A stretch of DNA of 64,000 nucleotides from Callorhinchus milii (lineage: Eukaryota), in contig NW_024704765.1 of assembly GCF_018977255.1 (NCBI RefSeq), positions 5,704,001 to 5,768,000 of the forward strand, written 5' to 3'. The translations under genes and the position numbers were made by a program. Every line of letters starts with the position of its first letter. Position 1 is the first letter of the stretch. This document shows, piece by piece, positions 43,907 to 59,003 of this stretch. The notes below the pieces were generated by a model. The model was not told where the DNA came from, searched no databases, and saw only the letters and a list, made by a program, of their open reading frames with translations.

Positions 43907-46900
43907 ATGGCGAGACTGCTCCTGCGCTATTCTGGGTCGCTGCTGAAGTCGGGACCTCTCCGGGACCTGCCCCTCTCCCTGCCTCAGCGAGCAGCCTCCT
44001 CCTCCCGCTTCAACATGCCCAAGAGGGCCCAGGAAGTGGCCAGGCCGGTGGGAATCTGCTCCATGATGAAGCTCCCGGTGCAGGACTCCCCCCAGGGACT
44101 GGACGCGGCATTCCTCGGCATCCCGCTGGACATCGGCACCAGCAACCGTCCGGGAGCCAGGTGAGCAACACAGCGGCTGGGATCAGAAGGTCACTCGCAA
44201 AGAGATTCTCAGGACGGCTGGACTGGGCTGGGCTGGGGGCTAAGTTGGTGGCGAAGCCCTGGAGGTGGGCAGAGGGTGACTGTTGAGCACTCTCCCCTCC
44301 GAGCCTGTAATTACCTGTAAAATACGAGACCCTGTGAGAGGCCAGCCTGTGTGAAGCGCGCTCTACAAATGCAAGTTGCTGCTGTTGTTTTAGCGTTACG
44401 GCTTATTATCATTATTATTATTATTATTGCTACAACAATGGTTTGGGTTTGGATCTAGGTTCGGTCCTCGTCACATTAGAGGAGAGTCTGTGATGGTGAG
44501 AGCTTACAATGGGGGCACAGGAGCCTCTCCCTTTGAATCTTTGATGGTGGCCGACATCGGTGATGTTAACGTGAACGTCTTTGACCTAAAGGACAGCTGT
44601 GACCGGATCCGAGCGTATTTCAAGAAGGTCGTCTCAACAGGCTGCGTCCCACTCACCATGGGTACGTACACAAGCCATCTGAGAACAGGGCAGATATGCA
44701 CCTCCACTCCCCCCCACCCCTGCGGTACCTGGGCTTTATGTGGTCTCATTACATTTCAGGCCCTGACCCCCCCCCCCCTCCAACGTGGAGGTAATCTTAC
44801 ATGTTGTTCACATGATTACACAATTGATTTGGATGAAGGCCCTTTAGCCTCTCTGATCTCATCCTCACACAACACCCGCTCTAACCCCCGCTCCCCCCCC
44901 CACCACCACAACACTTCCCCCCACCACAAAAACACTGTATCAAATGTAAGGATTATTACTATTATTATTACTGTCCCGGTGCACTCTAATCACCACGGTT
45001 TTCTCTCTCGTGCCTCTGGTCTCCAGGTGGTGATCACACCATAACCTACCCCATCCTGCAGGCAATGGCAGAGAAGTGAGTATGTGTGTAAGACAGATAC
45101 CTTTGTTATTTTAGATAGGATAGGAAGCTTACCAAAGGCCCATTCGAAAGAGGATCTTGAAGGAGGCAAGGGAGGGGGGAGGCCAAGGGACTGTGGGTGT
45201 GGGGGCAGAAAGGCTGAAGACTCACTAAAGATGATGGGAGGCTTCTTTTCCAGTCCGCAGCCAGGTGTCTGAGACACATACGGAAACCCATCACTTCAAT
45301 ATAAGACAAAATTTGGTTCCTCAACCCACGACTGTTTGTGGGGATGCTTTCTGTGCGCGATTGGCTGCCACGTTTTGTCCACAAAATATGCAGTCAATTC
45401 CCTTTACAGACCATTCTCTGAAGCGGTTTGAGACGTGATAAGGCGCTGTGTCAAATGCGAGGATGATTATTATTACTGTGTTTACTGAGTCTTCAAACCA
45501 AACAGTCGGAGGCGGCCAAAGCTGACCTAACGGCGTGGCTTTCCTGTGACAGGTACGGGCCGATGGGGCTGGTACACGTGGACGCTCACGCTGACACGGC
45601 AGACACGATGCTGGGATCGAAGATCGGCCACGGGACCCCGTTCAGGCGCGCTGTGGAGGAAGGGCTGCTGGACTGCAAGCGGGTGGCGCAGATCGGACTC
45701 CGCGGCTCCACGTACGATCCCGAGGGTTACGCCTGGAGCAGAGAGCAGGTTTGTCCTCTTTTTATTACGATCGTAGTAGAGGATCCTACAGCACGGGAGG
45801 AGGCAATTCAGCCCGTCGTGCCTGCGCCAGCTCTTAAAATAGGCTTGTCCGACAAGTCCTGTTAAGCGCTCGGAGACGCTGCCCCACCAGGAGCCGCGAT
45901 ACAAACAAACACAAGTTGTTGTTGTTGTCCACCTCACAGGGTTTTCGAGTTGTGACTGCTCAGGAGTGTTGGCTCCGCTCCCTGGTTCCTCTCATGGAGG
46001 AGGTGAAGCAGCAGATGGGAGACGGTCCCATGTACATCAGCTTCGATATCGACGGCATTGACCCGGCCTTCGCTCCCGGGACAGGAACCCCAGAGATCGC
46101 CGGCCTGTATCCCAGCCAGGTAACCCTCACTGACGGGCAGTAATAATGTTAGTAATAATAATAATCCTAGCATTGATACAGCGCCTCATCGAGACATCTC
46201 AAAGCGCTTCACAGGATACATTGCAAAGTGTAGTGACTGAGTATTTTCTGGGCGAAAGGCGGCAGCTGATAGCAAGGAACTGGCTTCATCACAGCGACTC
46301 ATCAGGCCGTGGGGATGAACTGAAAGCACGGTGAAAGAGGTGGGCCTCGGGCTGGGCGAGGGATAGAGAGGGGTAGTCAGGAAGGGAGTGTGGCAGGGAG
46401 GGAGGGAGGGACTCAGAATGGAACTCCAAAATGATCATGACACCCCCCCACCAAACTGTTTGCTCATCACAGGCTTTGGAAATCATCCGTGGCTGTCGGG
46501 GGATGAAGGTTGTCGGCTGTGACCTGGTGGAGGTGGCGCCACAGTACGACACCACAGGTGGGTGAACGTCGCTGGTTTATTTGGGGTTTGGCCGCCGTGG
46601 AGGACAGGGCGGGCGTCGTGAAGAGAGATGGGGTTTTGCCCCGGGACCATCCTGAACCTGGGGGCGATTGGTGTTGGTAATCACTGGGCGGGGGTGGGGG
46701 GCCAGGGTGGGAGTAACGGTGTGCTGTTTTTTTCGGGCTCGGCTCCCACTCTCTGCCACCATTTAAAGTGTCGCTGTCGCTTTGAGGCCAAAGGGTCCCG
46801 AAAGGTACTGTTAAACAGCTCGCACCAAAGGCCACTTGGGTAGATACTGCGCAGCAGCTGGAGTCTGTGAGTCCTTTCTGTTTTAAGTCCTTTCTGTTTC

Positions 46901-46982
46901 TCTCTCAGGTAACACTGCTCTGACAGCCGCCAACCTCCTGTTCGAGATGCTGTGCGTGTTGCCCAACGTTAAGTACGCGTGA
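43907..46982 (+). CDS. AGMAT: Agmatinase / guanidino acid hydrolase (ureohydrolase family, mitochondrial)
   Basis: Exons 43907-44160, 44459-44661, 45027-45075, 45553-45748, 45940-46119, 46473-46557, 46909-46982. Motifs GTSNRPGARFGP, GGDHT, HVDAHADT, SFDIDGIDPAFAPGTGTPE, DLVEV. AATAAA at 47089. Confidence 0.96.
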
Positions 46983-48533
46983 ACACTCCAGGGGCCCACA
47001 CTGTCAGAGCGTGAATCCCACGTTTACTGAAAGGTAGAGCAACCTGATCGCTCTGAACCAAATCCCGTCAGCTCTGGCCTCGACCACGAATAAAAAAAAA
47101 AAACGGAAAAAAATAATGAAAAAATGTCTTTAGAATCGAGGATTCTGGATTCAGCGGAAATTCAAGGGTGATGATTGGAAGCTGTGATATAATAATCCTC
47201 GCGTTCCATTCAGCCCTCCATCAAATCGTCAAACTTCTCAAGAGGCGGTGTGGCTTCGAGCTGTTGACTGGAGAGCCAAGAGAGGGCAAAAGGGAACAAC
47301 ACACAAAGTACAGGATTTGTAGTACTACTTACACTTATACAGCGCCTTCCACATCGGGAGGATGTCCCAAAGCCCCGACAGTTCTGCCCGGACACCTCTC
47401 AAGAAACTGGTCATGTACAGCATTTTTCTGTCCTGCCCTCCATAAGTCTGTGCTGAATAAAAATAATTTTCTACAAAGCAAACCATGGTCTTTGTCTTGT
47501 CTGCTTATTCACCTTGTAACCAAAGAACCTCGAGGACAACAATCTTCTCATTTCCCTTCTCAACCTGCTCTGACTTTGTTCAATAAATAGCTCTGGGATT
47601 TCCATGTGTAGGTGAGATGCTTGGAATTCTCAGTTGGGTTTGGAGACTCCTAAGCAACGGTGATGGGTTTCCACACGTGTCAGACACGTGGCTGACCCCA
47701 AATAAAAGCACATCCATTTTTTTTAACATCCCCTTTAATTCTTCTTGTGATGAACATTTGGACTGGAGCCAAACCAAATCTTGATCCATCAAATATTAAT
47801 CTGGCTTCTTGGACTATGGGTAGAGTGGAAATAGCTTTGCTCACCGCTCTTCACTCATTTTATTCCAACCGACTGTTCAGCTTCAATCAGCCTCGGATAC
47901 TTTGTTCAGTTGCGTAGGTTAGATATTACAGCTCCCAGGTCACAGCCATCAATAAAGACATGATAAGGCGCTATATCAAATGAAGGATTATTATTTGAGT
48001 GAGTTTTTGACGACTCACTTTTCAGAACAAGGGTAACCTTCACAGAACTATTTATTACCGGTTGTGTTAAGAACGTACGAATGGCACTAAGATGTTTTGC
48101 TGCCAGACATGGCTCCTGCTCTCCTGCTGCACCTCTCTCTCTCTCCGCGCCTCAAATGAGACTGCGCGGGGAGGGAAGCGGGGCACAGCCGGGAAGTAGT
48201 TGTCAACAATAACTGGGGCCCCTCAAACCTCGGGCCCTAAACCATGGCTTACCTGGTTTATTAGCTAATCCGTCTTTTTAATAAACACGCTCTTTGATCC
48301 TTTGGTAAAACATCCTTAAGTTCCCTGCTCATCAGCACTTGGGAGACGTTCATCCTACACGAGAGGTGCCATTGGAGTGCGAGTTGCCATCTTAATTTCT
48401 GAAGCACAAAACGTAGCGAAAAAATGTCTCAGAATCTCTGATCTCGGGAATCACCGATTTAATATTCTGGTTAAAAAACAGGCTTGAGAAATTCAATTGG
48501 ATTCTCGGGTTACACGTCTGTAGGAACAGAACC

Positions 48534-48539
48534 TTTATT
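48534..48539 (-). promoter_or_regulatory. Candidate DNAJC16 polyadenylation signal
   Basis: TTTATT on + (AATAAA on -) at the end of an AT-rich 3' UTR-like region downstream of the stop codon at 50375. Confidence 0.45.
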
Positions 48540-50374
48540 CACTTCTTTGTAAAAAAAAACTTACGTTGCATATTTATATGACGGGCATCTATCTGGGGAG
48601 ACATTCCTAGTAACGATACGTACAATTATTGCAGACACAGCGCTGTAAAGCCAAGTTAACAATAAATTATACAACATTAATAAATAACTACAGCTGTGTT
48701 GTAAACTAATTCTATTCTGGTAAACTTGAATTCGTTTTTTTACAACAACTTTTAAGAGATGAATTGATTTTAAAAAAAAAGTATGGGCCAGCACTGCTTT
48801 ACTGCTTCATTCAGCTTTTCAAGTGAAACTCGACCACTGGAGTGAAATGACATCTCTGTCCATTTCAGTGACATTAAATCTCTTGCTCGTGGTCACAAGG
48901 TAGGGACGGGGTTTGCAACTTTTCACAAAGGTCTAATGCCTAACACGACGGAGTTCAATAATTATCACATTAAATCGGTTGGTAACTAGGGTCTGGGGGT
49001 CAGGTAGGAACAGCACATTTTGTCTCAACAGCACAATGTGGCCTGAAGCCCTCTGTGCTCCTGATAGCAGAGGCTGGAGTCTCACATGTTAACGGTATCC
49101 ACTACAGCAGTGCTCGCTCACTCCAAGCCCCTCTGCTCACTCAGCCCCAAGGATAGAGCCAAAGAGTTTCACGAGCTCTCCAGCAGCAAATCAACGTGCC
49201 GCCCCCCCCGAAATCTCCCGATAGTGATTCTGAACCGTTTCAATGTGATTTCCCGTTGAATCAGTCATGAGTGGTCGCAATTTTCCACCTCGTGTAGAAT
49301 GCAAGGAAAAGCTGGGGGCGATTTACGGAGGGTGGGGGTGGGGGGGGATTAATCTCCTGATGTGCAGATCGACAGCAAGCTATTGCCGGGTAAGTAATTC
49401 TAAAAGTTTAACATTTAATAAATAGGTTAAATACACGGATACGTCAGTTGCACTCGATACTGTTACACGGCAACCAAACACAAACTGTGCGTTCTCTCCT
49501 AAATAAAGGGTTAAAGTGTTGGCGTTTTATTCTGCTCTGCCTTCAGTGAGTGTGCAAAATAAGTTCAGGAATAGGAGGGCCCCACATGTCGCATCCAAGA
49601 CTAGGAACTCCACCTGGTCTTAGCCTTATGAACATAGTCCTAAATTGAAGATACCGCTGAATTATTTTTTGGGGGGAAAATCGTTCAATTCGATCGTTCT
49701 AAAAATTTCAAACTTTTAATGTTATATTTTTTTAAAACTTCCAATTATTTTCACAAATAACAATAATAATAATCCTTGCATTTGATATAGCGCCCTATCA
49801 CGTCTTCGAGACGTCTCAAAGCGCTTCACGGAATATATTGCAAAGTGTAGTGACCGGATATTTTATGGGCGAAACACGGCAGCCAATGGCGCACAGCAGC
49901 GTCCCATAAATGGTGGTGGGTTGAGTGATCAATTTATTATTATTTACAAATGGAGAAAACTAAATTTAACAATTTTTCCCAAATCCTGAGGGACCTCAAA
50001 TTCTTAGACGACCGCCATGGGGCTGAGACCGCGAGGAATTTCAGGCAACGGACCATGCTGCCTCCACACGGACCCCACGACAGAACTCTGCTTCACCTGG
50101 ACACACTCCCTCCTCTCACCCCATGTCTCCTGCAGGCTAGAGCACAGTGGTACAATGCTAGTTACTCTTCTGTTTCAATAAACCCTGTTGTCGCAACTGG
50201 TGACCGAGAATAGGAATTTCCAAAGTCCTGGAGTGTCCCGGGCTACAGTCAGATTAGGGGTGGGGGGGTGTGGAGGGGCCTTCCAACACTGGAAACCTGT
50301 ACAATTCCATTCCGTTAGCGCGTGGCTCAGATACGTTACAGCCATAAAATACCATCTGCCCAAACGACAGGACA

Positions 50375-51218
50375 TTAATCCAGGTCAGGCCAAAGGGGGA
50401 CATAATATCGTTGCAATATTCCTTCCAGAAACCTGTCCATCCACAGGTTCAGTCTGTTGAGCAGCTGATGCGTCTGTTTGACAGACAGAGTGGGGTGGGT
50501 CGGTGACTGCTGACCCCCCGACTCGTCACCTGCAGCCGGAGCAGCTGCTGATCCCTGGGGGTCTGACCCCGGGCTGTTGGCTGCAGGGCAACCCTCCTTC
50601 CTGCTACTGTCCTGAGGCTTGAAGAGGCAGAAGTACTTGCGGTGTCCGTTTAAAGCCAGCACGTAGCCAGCGTAATCCTGGTTTGGGGAACTCTCGTCTG
50701 GTACGTTTGATATTGGCGAAGGATCCTGGGCGAACTCCAGCACATTCTCTAACCAACGGCCATGTTTTGTCAGGTTTAGAAAGGAGAAGTGTAGTGCTTT
50801 ATTCCTGTAGGGAGTGGGGGGGGGGGGAAATGGAGTGGAGGGAGGGAGAAAACAGGTTCAGCGTCACAAGCAAAACTTTAATTGACAGTTTTCACCCAGA
50901 AAAAGGCCGTGTTCAGAGCTCCGAGACGCTAACCCGGGTGAAGGGCAGAATAAAAAAAGCGCTGTGTCCATGTCCTACATACACTTAATCCCGAAAAGAG
51001 AATCAATTTTACAAACGAGCTCAGCTCAGTTTGGGATACTGGGAAAAGTGGATCGAGCTGACGCTCATGGACCAGGAGGGCACCGGTTCGACTCGGGGCA
51101 TCGCGCAAGTCATACTAAATGTTGTGGCCCCGACTGATACGTCTTACGTGAGTTTTACTGTACTCAAGAAACAGAATGAGCATAGAAACAAATACGGTGA
51201 TTTAATTCCACTATTATG

Positions 51219-51250
<32 letters not shown>

Positions 51251-54200
51251 ATATCTATATCAATTTGCTCCCTCTGTTGCAGAAGCCCTTTAAAGTATTA
51301 TTAAGTAGTAATAATAATAATCATCCCCGCATTTGATATAGCGCTTTTCATGCCTTGTAGAACGTCTCAAAGCGCTTCAGAGTGTACTGACAGATATGCA
51401 CGTCTTCGGAAGACACTGGCTGACACTGAACCGCCTCCACTCACCAGGTAACGGCATAGACTTCGTGAGCAAACTTTTGTAGCAGAGCGTCCTTTGTCGT
51501 GTCCGTCACCACGACCAACACATTAATGTGTCCAGGCATCAGGCGCACCAGGTTGCTGGTGTAGTTCACGTAGGTTAGTTCTGTCACTTCAACGTAGTTT
51601 TTCTCAAGGGATCTGTCTCGGAAACGTTATAATGATAATTGTAAATCCACGTGTTTGATTACAGCCTGTATATCAACGAGAGGACTTAAAGCGACTCACA
51701 GATAACTTCTGACGAGATTGGTGACTGTAGTAGCTGCAGGGAAGCCTAGCAGCCAGTGTGCGCACGGTAAGCTCCCACACACAAAGCAACGAGGGGAGTA
51801 ACCAATCAATACGGAGGATTGTGAGGCTGGCAGCCCAAGAGAAACTCTCTTCCCTTTTTGATTATTGCCGGGGAATCTTCCACCACCACTTAAAGAGCTG
51901 TCAAACAGGACCGGAGTGTCACATCTCATCTAAAAAGCCGGCACCACTGACAATGCAGCCCACCCCCACCTACCCTCCCCACCACGTCTCCCAACCTCCC
52001 TCCCACCCCCACACACACTGAGCTGAGCTCAAGTTCCCATGTGGGGGTCTCGGGTAGGCCCCTCCTGCCCCGGCTTCGAAAGTGCAGCCGATCGATCCAG
52101 GATGGTGCGAACAGGGAAAGGACGTGAGCTGCAAGTGTGAGTGACACACACAGCGTGTTCTGCCAGACCTGGGAGTCCCCGCGCTGTTGCTCCGCTGCTT
52201 TTTGGGCTCCTCCTGAGCTTTAGCCGCTGCGGGTTCCTGCTTCTCAGCCCCGGGGCTCCTCTCCTGCTCGCTCGGTTCACTGCAACAACAATCGGGAGGT
52301 GACACTGCAGGCGGAGCGATTTTGTTTCCACAAAAAGAAATGGGTAGTTTTGTGATGCACTAAATTTTGTAATTAAACGATGAAAAGGACTGATTGCTCA
52401 CGACGCAATTAAAAATGACTTTAATTGTCTGTTAATTACATAATCACAGGCACCTGTAACTCCATCTGCACGTGTTATACATAATGTGTAATAGCTCTCA
52501 CTCCGTTTCCCATTTGCCCTTCTCACCCCAACCACCACCTCCTACCCCAAACACCACCACCTCCCCGCCACCAACTTCCCCCACTGACAGACGTCAGTCT
52601 TAGTCTCATGTTGCCGAGTCTTACCTGAAGGTCTGGATGATGAAGGCTCCGAAGAGAATGAAAATCACGGAGAAAAGCAGCGAAATTAGAGGCATCATCT
52701 CGCGCCTGAGAGATAGAGAGAGAGGGGGAGACAAAAAACAAACCGTCAGCACCAAGCAGGGACTGTGGGAATAAGCCGCAGGACAAGAGGTGCACGTTAA
52801 AGCCAATGTCAGTAACGTACCAGTTTTGATTGAACCCAGATTCCCAGAAATGAGAAGCATAATCTATCAAGACGTGGAGCCAACGCACGAGAAATATCTG
52901 CAGAAAAACAAGATCTGGTTATAATCCAAGTCAGTTTCATCCCAAAAGATATCTCCAGCACAGATCTAATCCTGAAAATAGCACCTTATATCTGGTACTT
53001 GATAAGTCTAAGGGATTAAAGAAAAAGACAGAGAGAGAGAGAGAGAGATAGAATGCAAAAGAGAGACAGAAAGAGAGAGATCTAGGCATCTTCTGCTTTC
53101 CTTACACTGCCTCAGGCTCTCGTTAAGTGAAACAGGGGGAATACAACAACAACAAACTACATTTGTATAGCACCGTTCACGTCGGGAGGACGTCCCAAAG
53201 CGCGAATAGATCAATCAGGTCTTGTTGCTCCTAACAATTATTTAGCTGTGACCCCACCCACCCCCACCCCAGTTACATAAGCAGGAACCCCGAGCTGGGA
53301 CTCTGCAGCAAGATTGGCCACGTGAGCGAGGCCCAGGAGACACCACGGAACCAAGCTTCAGCTCATGTAAACAACAGCTTCAAAAGGTTGTTCCTGTGGG
53401 AAAGGATCTGTACAGTGTTGAGAACAGAGCTACTAATAGACGTGAGCAATAGAGAGAAAAGGTAAAAAATGCATGAAGAATGGCCTCACTCACTCACGTA
53501 TCAAATGCAAGGAAGATTATTATTATTATTAAGTTGTACATCTGCCCGAGTCCTATTAAAGAGTTTATACTCTGTGCAAGTTTGACACAACTCATACTTT
53601 GCATAAGTCGCATTAAACATCTGGTCACAGCTTTTACGTGAGGTTTATTGTTTACTGTTACTGCAGCAACTGTCGATAATAATAATAATCCTTGGATTTG
53701 ATACAGCGCCTTATCACGTCTTCGAGACGTCTCAAAAGCGCTTCACAGGATACACTGTAAAGTGAATTCCCTGTGTATTGTGTGGGTGAAAATACATAGG
53801 TAAACAAGCCAATGCACTCACAGAGGCAAATTCTTCATTGAGCTCCGCCAGCACGGCCTGGTGTGGCAGCAGCTTGTAGTCCCCCTCCGCCAGCAAGTGA
53901 TTCAGGCGGTCAAACAGTCGCTCTTCATCCTCCTCACTGCCAGTCCAGCCGTCCTCCAGCACCGTGTAAAACACTTTCCCAGGAGTGTTTCTTTGCTCAA
54001 AAATCACAACCTAGTTTTGTTTTTAAGGAAGACAGTAATCATGTTACAAATTCTTTTTNNNNNNNNNNNNNNNNNNNNNNNNNNNNNNNNNNNNNNNNNN
54101 NNNNNNNNNNNNNNNNNNNNNNNNNNNNNNNNNNNNNNNNNNNNNNNNNNNNNNNNNNNNNNNNNNNNNNNNNNNNNNNNNNNNNNNNNNNNNNNNNNNN

Positions 54201-57200
54201 NNNNNNNNNNGTATCTGTGGTGTGTGGTGTGTGGGCAGTGTGTGGGTGTGGAGGTGAGAAAGAGGGCTTTCATTTTCATTGATTAGAGAAACAAATGTTT
54301 AATTTTCATTCGGTCTTTGATTCCCCCACCTGGAGTGGTTACCTGACTGCCCACTTACACCCTGCTCCTTACCTGAGAGGCTGCAGTAAGCTTGGGTGCC
54401 ATCTGGAGTAGGGCATCGCTAAATGCTTGCTGCCATTCTCGATACACGTACACAAATCGCAAAGACTCTTCAGCATTCACAGAGGCAAAAGAGACGAAGG
54501 AGTTGTACGAGGCACGGAACCCCTCGCCTTCACCTGTGATGAGCAGGACACAGTACCTACAGAAATACAAAAGGTGAATGGTTCATCCTGAGGATGGCAG
54601 CTCTGACAATGCAGTGCTTCAAGTTCTGTACTCCGGCACTAGCCTGGACCAGCGGTAGCCAACCTGTGGCCCCCAGGGGCCGTCAAAAAGAGCCCCCAGC
54701 CCTCCCCCACCCGAATATTCGCACTAGTCACGGTAAGTCCGTGTTCGATCGGTAGTGTTTTCATTTTTTTCTTGATTGAATATTTTTTGATTTAGAAATA
54801 AATAACACCAATTTACTCACTCAACAAAAAAAATCTCGTCACGTTTCCGGGACCGTGTTACCATCGAGCCCCAAGCTCACGGCAGCATGCAATTCCCAAA
54901 CCGTTTGGTTACCTCCTCTGCCGTCGGTTCTCCCTCACGAGGCACAGCTCCTCTAAAAGCTTCTGGCTTGTGAGCCGCGGCACCAACAGGAACTTGTTCT
55001 TGGAGAGGATTTCATCAATGATGTGCCTCTTCATGTTTTTGTTCTGCAAGAAATTATTGAGTGCCGATTGAATTGCTCTGGTTTGAGGGCAGCTGAGCAA
55101 GAATTTAACATTATTACTAAATAATAACAATGCCACTCGCGTTTGACACAGCGCCTTATCACGTCGTCGAGACGTCTCAAAGCGTTTCACAGGACACACT
55201 GTAAAGTGGAGTGACTGTATATTTTGTGGGTGAAATGCAGCAGCCAATTACGCACAGCAGCGTCCCACAAACTGTTGTGGATTGAGTGATCGCATTTTTT
55301 TTTAGGGACTGTTGGCCAGGACACTGTGTGCTCTGGATTTCTGCTTTTCCAATTTAACAGCGGCGACCGAATGCATTGTCAATTCAATACAATACACACC
55401 TGAATTAAATAGATCGGCTTTGTAACCTTCTCCTTAAAGATCAGCCAGGTTGGAATGTCCATATTTATGGAATACTGATTCAGCAACTCTTCCGATTTCT
55501 GCACCTTCGTGTCCACGGAGCCAAAAGCCACATAATCTTTGTACGTGAAGGCAGCCAGCTTTAGAAAGAATGTCAAGCTCAACAACAGGTCAACCATTAA
55601 AAACCGAAATTTTCTGCACGGAACATGGCTTTTCGACCCACCGTGTCCCTGATCAGGTGCTTGTCCAAGTTCCCTTCTGAACAATTGCACTGAGCTGTTT
55701 TCAATGTCCACTTCTGATAATAAATTCCAATTCTCGACTCTCTACCCCCTCCTCGCTCCCTCCCTTCCCTCCCTTCATCCTGACCATTTCCCCCCCTGCT
55801 CGGATCCCGACCCACTGTCCAGCGCCTTGGGACATCCTCGCGACGTGAAAGGCGCTCTATAAATGCAATCTTGTTGTTGTCGTCCAAGTGAAGGAAGCCA
55901 TCTCCTCGCCTCAGTGTGATTGCTAACAATCCGGAGATTGCCAACTCAAGCAAGTTTGGTTTTTGATTTGATTAGTCAATCGTGAACTGCCCTTTGTGAA
56001 TCCGAGCTTGTTGTCCCTGATCAACATAGTCTTCAGCTTTATTAATAACAGGATCTAATTCTTTTTGCAATGTAAAAAGTATGGGAGAACTCTATTGTTT
56101 TAACTGCAAAGCTTCACACCTGCACACTGCAGCTCCCAAGGAACTCATCTCAATCAGAAGGACTATAAATCGCATTACCTTGTACATCAGCAGCTCTGCG
56201 GTCCGCTGATGAAAGGTCAGCACTCGAGGCTTGTTGTCCTGCTGCCAAGCTGACAGAAAGTTTGCGGAATTCGTGACAGTTACCTGGAAAGAGAAACACA
56301 AATATCAAACTCTATTTCTAACCAACTGAAAAAGAAGCCGGTCTGTAAGCACCTTGTACTCCAACACTCCACTTTCCAGCTGATCAACTCTTAACAATTG
56401 CAACACAACACATCACAGTGAATAAGAACCAAATTCTGTGCGAAAGCTTCTAGTCAGGTAACCAAATCGTCACTGCTCTGACCTTCCATCTCTCTAACAC
56501 CTTGATCTCTCTCTATTCTAGGCACTGTACTTGCTCGCCTCTGACCTCATACCACCCAGTGAGATGGTAGCTGGCTCCAATGATCTCTGCCGCTGACAGC
56601 AATCCTGAGCTCCTCCGAGGCAGATTGCGGTGAAGTGTTGTGAGTGTGCGTAGTAAAAAGCAACAGCAACTTCCACACAAGGCCCTACAAACAGCTCGGA
56701 TGTAAATGGCCAGTTGATCTGTTCGCAACATCTGGACAGACCTGATCCACAGGTCTTTTAACATCCGACTGAACAGCCTCAGTTTAACATCCTATCTGAA
56801 GGACAGGACCTCTGATAATGTTCTCTTTTAGGATTGTCAACACAGACAAGTGAACTTAAAGTCTTAACACAGAGCCTTAATCCACCACCTTCTGACCCAA
56901 AGAATACTAGTTGTTAAAAACACAAGTGAAAGGTCCTTCGGCACGTACCTGCTCTATGAGGTTAGTCGGCAGCAGGTTTTCCAGGAATTGGCGTAGGTTT
57001 TCCCAAACCACAGCATTTTTGAAAAAACGCACTCGCCCGCTGATGATTCCCAGAATAGTGGGGTGCTGGTACACCCCCAAGTGCTGCAACAGGCGACGTT
57101 CGTACCCTGAATCGATGACGCCAATTCCTACCCCTGAAAAAAAATCCAACGACACATCACCTTCTCCTTCTTTGATCGGTATACAGAGAGCGGCTCCGGT

Positions 57201-59003
57201 TTAAAGCCGAGCTTGGCTGTGTTCGTTAGCGTCCAGTCAAACACTGAGGGGCTCGAGCCCCACACCAGGTCCTGAAACTCTGGAACACTTTCCCTCTAAC
57301 CCTCCACTTTGCCCCTTCCTTCCCCATCTTCAGGTCGTGCCTGAAGATCTTCCTCCTTCGGCCATGCCGACTGTGACCTTCCTCCCACCCCGGCTGGGTG
57401 TCGTGCTCTGCGACTGTCGAGCGCTCTGGGACTCTGCTCTGCGTGAGGGGGCGCGGTGCAAATGCAAGTTGTTGTTGTTGAGCGAGTTCATTTTAAGTTA
57501 GACTGACAACAGCTTGTGCGTATGTAGGATCGTTCAAACAAGGCGAAGAAGTGGCAGAGCTAGGGAGGAGCACGAGGACAACAAAACGTGCGAGCAAGTG
57601 AACCTACCAAGTGGTTCCAGCTCCAGCACCACCTCCCTCCACACCGGCTCAATGTGAATGCAGCTGAAACACCAATCCGAGGTCACTTTAATGAGGTATG
57701 GCTTGCGGTAGCTGTCCGGCAGGATCTCATTCATGTACTGGGAGAAGTGCAGCAGGTACTTGTCGTCGAACGAGTCATGGCCGGAGTTGAACTGAAAGTG
57801 AAAGGGGTCATCGAAGAAGAAGCTCTCGTAGTTGTGGAAACCCCGGAAATGGTGAGGGGCGAAGGTGTGCTGGCTTTCTGCCTCTCCATATCTGTCAAAG
57901 TTCTGTCTCTTCTCCTCATTTGAAAGAATCTGAAGCAAGAATCAACAACAACAACCACACGTTACATTTACACGGTGCCTTTCACGTCGGGAGGACATCC
58001 CAAGGTGCTGGACAGTCAGAGATTTGGACACAAGCTGGGGGTTGGGATCAGGAGAGGGAGACAGGACAGGGAAGGTAGGGGGTAGGAGGCTGACCGCAGG
58101 AGTGGTCGAAAAGGAGGGTCTTGAGACAATAAAATAACAACCCGTTTCCTCAAATACATTTTAAAAAATGAATGAATATAAATATAATAAAAATTTCACT
58201 GGATACAGCACCTACAATGCTTCACAAGTATTTGGGGACAGATTCCATGCACAAAATGAACAGAAACCAGAGAAATGAACTGACTATTTGGAAACTACAA
58301 GCCAGTGAACTTTGAATTAATTAACAATTAAAAAGGAAGAGTTAGTTAGTACCTGATATGCTTTACCAATCTGAATAAACCGGTCTTCTGCCTTGGGGTC
58401 CCTGTTCTTGTCGGGGTGCCTAAAAGGGATATGTTGAGTGGCATTAACGTGTAATAACTATTTGTACTGGCTAACGCTTTTAAGTAGACCCTCCCATACA
58501 GAACAATGCTATTCAAATGCTCTCCAGGCCAAACCCCTTATAAAGCAGCAGTTTGGGTCCGTCAAACGACAGCACCGTCCAGGTCACAAGATCATCACTG
58601 ACATCATGACCGCGCAAGTAGACAGGAAACTAGCAACCGCTCTCGCAAGCTTTTACAGTAGATGCTAGGACACCACTGGAGAGGGGGAAGGCCATCTGTG
58701 GCTGCATACATCACCCAGCGAGCAACAGAAGAGTGCCACGGTACGCAGCGTTAGAAGATGACCCGCGCTACACGGAGGCACATTACAACAGGGTCAACCT
58801 GTAGTTAGGATCGCGCATGCATACCACTCGCGGGCCAGGCGTTTGTAAGCCTTCTTTATGTCTCCCTGGGTCGTCGCTCTGTTCACTCCGAGGACTTTGT
58901 AGGGGTCAAATTCGATGGCTTGGTGCAGAGGGCTGTTCAACAGCAACACGATGGCCAGAGCCACTGGAAACCTTCCAAAGTACAACTGCCACAAGCCGGC
59001 CAT
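50375..59003 (-). CDS. DNAJC16: DnaJ homolog subfamily C member 16 (ERdj8; J domain, thioredoxin domain, TM)
   Basis: Minus-strand exons 59003-58825, 58419-58353, 57929-57608, 57133-56949, 56283-56179, 55558-55400, 55043-54913, 54556-54373, 54010-53822, 52897-52821, 52705-52625, 52279-52169, 51612-51445, 50804-50375, phases consistent. Signal peptide, FDPYKVLGV..REWHPDKN, SDWCFSCIHIEP, TM REMMPLISLLFS, C-terminus LQRYYVPLWPDLD*. Confidence 0.95.
54059..54210. other. Assembly gap
   Basis: Run of N. Confidence 1.
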